DNA of 64,000 bases from a virus (lineage: Duplodnaviria; Caudoviricetes): the IMG/VR virus record IMGVR_UViG_3300046167_000798. One strand, 5' to 3'. Below, piece after piece: positions 61,499-64,000 of this stretch (position 1 is its first letter; each line of letters begins with the position of its first letter). The notes below the pieces were generated by a model that ran no database searches, was not told the origin of the DNA, and saw only the letters and a program-made list of their open reading frames with translations. A program made the position numbers and the translations under genes.

Positions 61499-62143
61499 AA
61501 TTTTTTTCCTTTAACTTATCAAAAAGCTTCTTCTCTTTTGACTTCTAATTCTTTAATTTCGTTTTCCGCCGTAATCAATAAGTTCTTGTATCTCAGCTTT
61601 AACCTCATCAATAGATTTTGGTAACTTCCATTTTTCTGTTACCTTTCCATCTGAACCTATCATTTCATATTCTTCTTTAAGTTCATCTATTGATTGTTTA
61701 TATGATTCTAATTTTGTTTTACCATATACAATCATCTTTGTCCATACCTTATAATTTTGATATTCTAACCACAAACCAGCAGTTCGTATCTCATGTTCTT
61801 TATTAACAGTACATTCCATACAAAATCCACCACTTTGAATGAATTTTAAATCTTTATCTGTTTTCTTAATGGTTTTACACTCAGAATTCTTACAATTTGA
61901 CTTTTCTTGAAGATATTTTCTAATTTCTTGGAAAGCTTCCGAATTTTTACCTGTTTTTAGAACATATCCTTCTTTTTTCTCATATCTGTTATGCTTATCT
62001 TCCCAAACATCACCAACTTTACGAGATTCTTCTTTTTTTGTGTATCCAATGGTAGTATTTTTATCATACTCACCTGTTTCCACCATATCAACCAACTTTC
62101 TACGAGTTGGGTGCATATATTTCTTCTTGAATTCTTTACCCAT
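61486..62143 (-). CDS. Hypothetical Cys-motif protein upstream of the terminase
   Basis: CKNSEC and CMEC motifs. The true C-terminus (ENEIKELEVKREEAFDKLKEKNYEHYI) needs removal of single bases near 61567 and 61523. Confidence 0.65.
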
Positions 62144-62203
62144 TGTTATATATTAGGTTATAATTTATATATAAATATATCAAATTAAAGAAACCGATAA
62201 ATT

Positions 62204-64000
62204 TTAGAAGAAAATACCAAGTATTTGATTTACGGATGCAAATGTACCAGTAAGTTTAAAAGTATTTCCTTTATACAAGAACACGATACCTTCATTTGGT
62301 ACAATTTTTTTAGAACCACCAATAGAATTTAATCTACCAAGTTCCAATTTAAGTTTTTCTATCTTTTTTGGGTCACCCGATTTCTTAACATCTTTGATTG
62401 TTTTATCAATTCGTTTTTTCATATCACGAACTGCTGAATCAGGATTAACTGTAAGTGCTGATGAAGTAAATTCTAATACTTCTGCTCCAAGACCAAGGAA
62501 AATCTGTTCGAACTTCATTAAGTTCTTCTTACCAATCTTCTTTTGGTCATCTTTATCTGTTTTCTTAGCCCATTCTAATGTTTTTTCATCAGTAATGTTC
62601 TTTTTATCTAATCTAAATCCCTTATCCATAAACGCCCATCTCTTAACTAACCCCATTTTGGTTTTGTTATCGAGTGTTGATGGTGAATTTTTATCAACCC
62701 ATTGTTCCCACCATGCTTGGTGATAGTTCGCAACACCATCAGTATCCTTTAAACCAAATTCTTTTTGTAGTTTAGATATCTGTGATGAGTATTTACTTCT
62801 TTTCTTTGATAAATCGGTAGATTTGGGTAGTTTTACAACAGGTGGGCCTTTGATTGTATAACTATCTTGTACATCTTTGTTAACTTGTTTAATCATACCA
62901 GCCAATATTCTAGCCGCATCACCATTCTCTCCAATTGCAACACCTTCTTCATTAAATTCCATAGTACCATGGAACACAAGTAACGCCTGACCATAAGGAA
63001 TAACGTTTACTGATGTTGGATATATCACTTCAAGGTTCATAAAACACGCACCTTGTTTAAAAATCTTATCTCTTTGTTTATCGTTAAGTGATTTGATTGC
63101 ATTTGAGAGGTCTTTCATTGCATAATTGTAAGCATCACTCAATCCACCCCTACCTTGGAACTTATCTGATACCCCTTGTATATCCAAAGCATTCTCACCT
63201 CTGTTTTTTAGGTGTCCTTTGTTTCTGGCCGCTACCAATCTACCATCTCTCCATGAAATAGCTAGTGCTTGACCATCTGTTTTCTCTCTTGTGAACTCTA
63301 ATGTACCTTCGAGTGCTCTATTTACGATATCTTTAAGTTGTCCAAAGGTTAAATTGATATCAGTATCAAATGGGTGAGACATATGTCCATACGCACCACC
63401 TTCTTGGAGTAATTTAGATTCGTTTATGTTTTCTTTGATTAGTTGTTGTGGTGTTTTAGTGTTCGGTAAAAACATTTCAACTAACTTATTATCAATATCA
63501 CTTATTAATTGTTCTATTTCATTCATAAACTTTTCCTTTTCTTTATTTTTAATCCACAATCCTATTTCAGGTCCTTTGATATCAGATGGAGCATCCTTTC
63601 CACCAATAGATAAGTTAAAGTTTACAAACTTTTTCATATCTTTTCCAACCAACTTACCAAATTTAAGGATTTGGTCATCTGATAAAGATGTTTTTTGTTG
63701 TAGTTTCTTGAATACTACAATTTCTTCTGGTCTAAAGTGTTGTAGTGATACTAAAAATACAATATTATTTTTTTCGTCATTAGAATAAGTTAATTTGTTT
63801 AATTGTTTTCCTAATACCGAAGGTGAATTCTTTTTTAATAGTGATGCAATGAACAAAATATAATCATTATCCTTGATGTAAGGTTTAGATATTTTAAGAT
63901 TTGGGAATATTAGTGAAGTGAATCCAATCTTATCATTCAACTCCATATACTTTTTAGTATCTTTAGCCTGATTTGATTGATTTTATAACCTCATCTCTAA
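62204..64000 (-). CDS. Polyprotein: C-terminal part of a CCA-adding-enzyme-like domain plus an ATP-dependent RNA-ligase-like domain; 5' end outside the window
   Basis: RDEVIKSIKS(A)K..ELNDKIGFTSLIFP and LSIGGKD..GPEIG are CCA-like (one insertion at 63967-68). Ligase motifs EKTDG, ARNKG, NLEV, VFHG, EGIVF and FKLTG. Confidence 0.65.

Noticed and set aside
1889-63788. All plus-strand ORFs in the track
   Set aside because: They are short, lie antisense to well-supported minus-strand genes, have biased low-complexity composition and lack promoters or RBS; they are shadow ORFs.

Overview
64-kb slice of a large, AT-rich T4-like (contractile-tailed) phage genome. Every credible gene is on the minus strand; the plus-strand ORFs in the track are shadows. 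In transcription order (right to left) the window holds: a CCA-adding-like/RNA-ligase-like polyprotein cut by the window edge; terminase, portal and prohead protease; a cluster of predicted head-internal proteins; a phage ribosomal protein bS21; scaffold and major capsid protein; neck and tail-completion genes; about 22 kb of very repetitive tail-fibre/adhesin genes; a glycosyltransferase and a Hint-domain virion protein; sheath, tube, chaperone, tape measure and baseplate genes; and finally small non-structural genes (PhyH-type dioxygenase, two GT10-like proteins, a short family-A DNA polymerase). bS21 and two Bacteroidota-type promoters point to a Bacteroidota (probably flavobacterial) host. 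About 14 single-base indels split essential genes and look like read or assembly errors; repairing them restores full reading frames. The strongest leads are: (1) bS21 lacking the anti-SD-sequestering Tyr, alongside Shine-Dalgarno-led late genes; (2) head cargo polyproteins delimited by prohead-protease sites, including a putative tRNA-repair enzyme and a GTRS/HxDGYP domain; (3) a late-promoter motif that is the reverse complement of the T4 one; (4) a likely programmed frameshift in the tail chaperone; (5) possible virion glycosylation on [ST]-[GAS]-S motifs. All family assignments come from motif recognition by eye, not from database searches.
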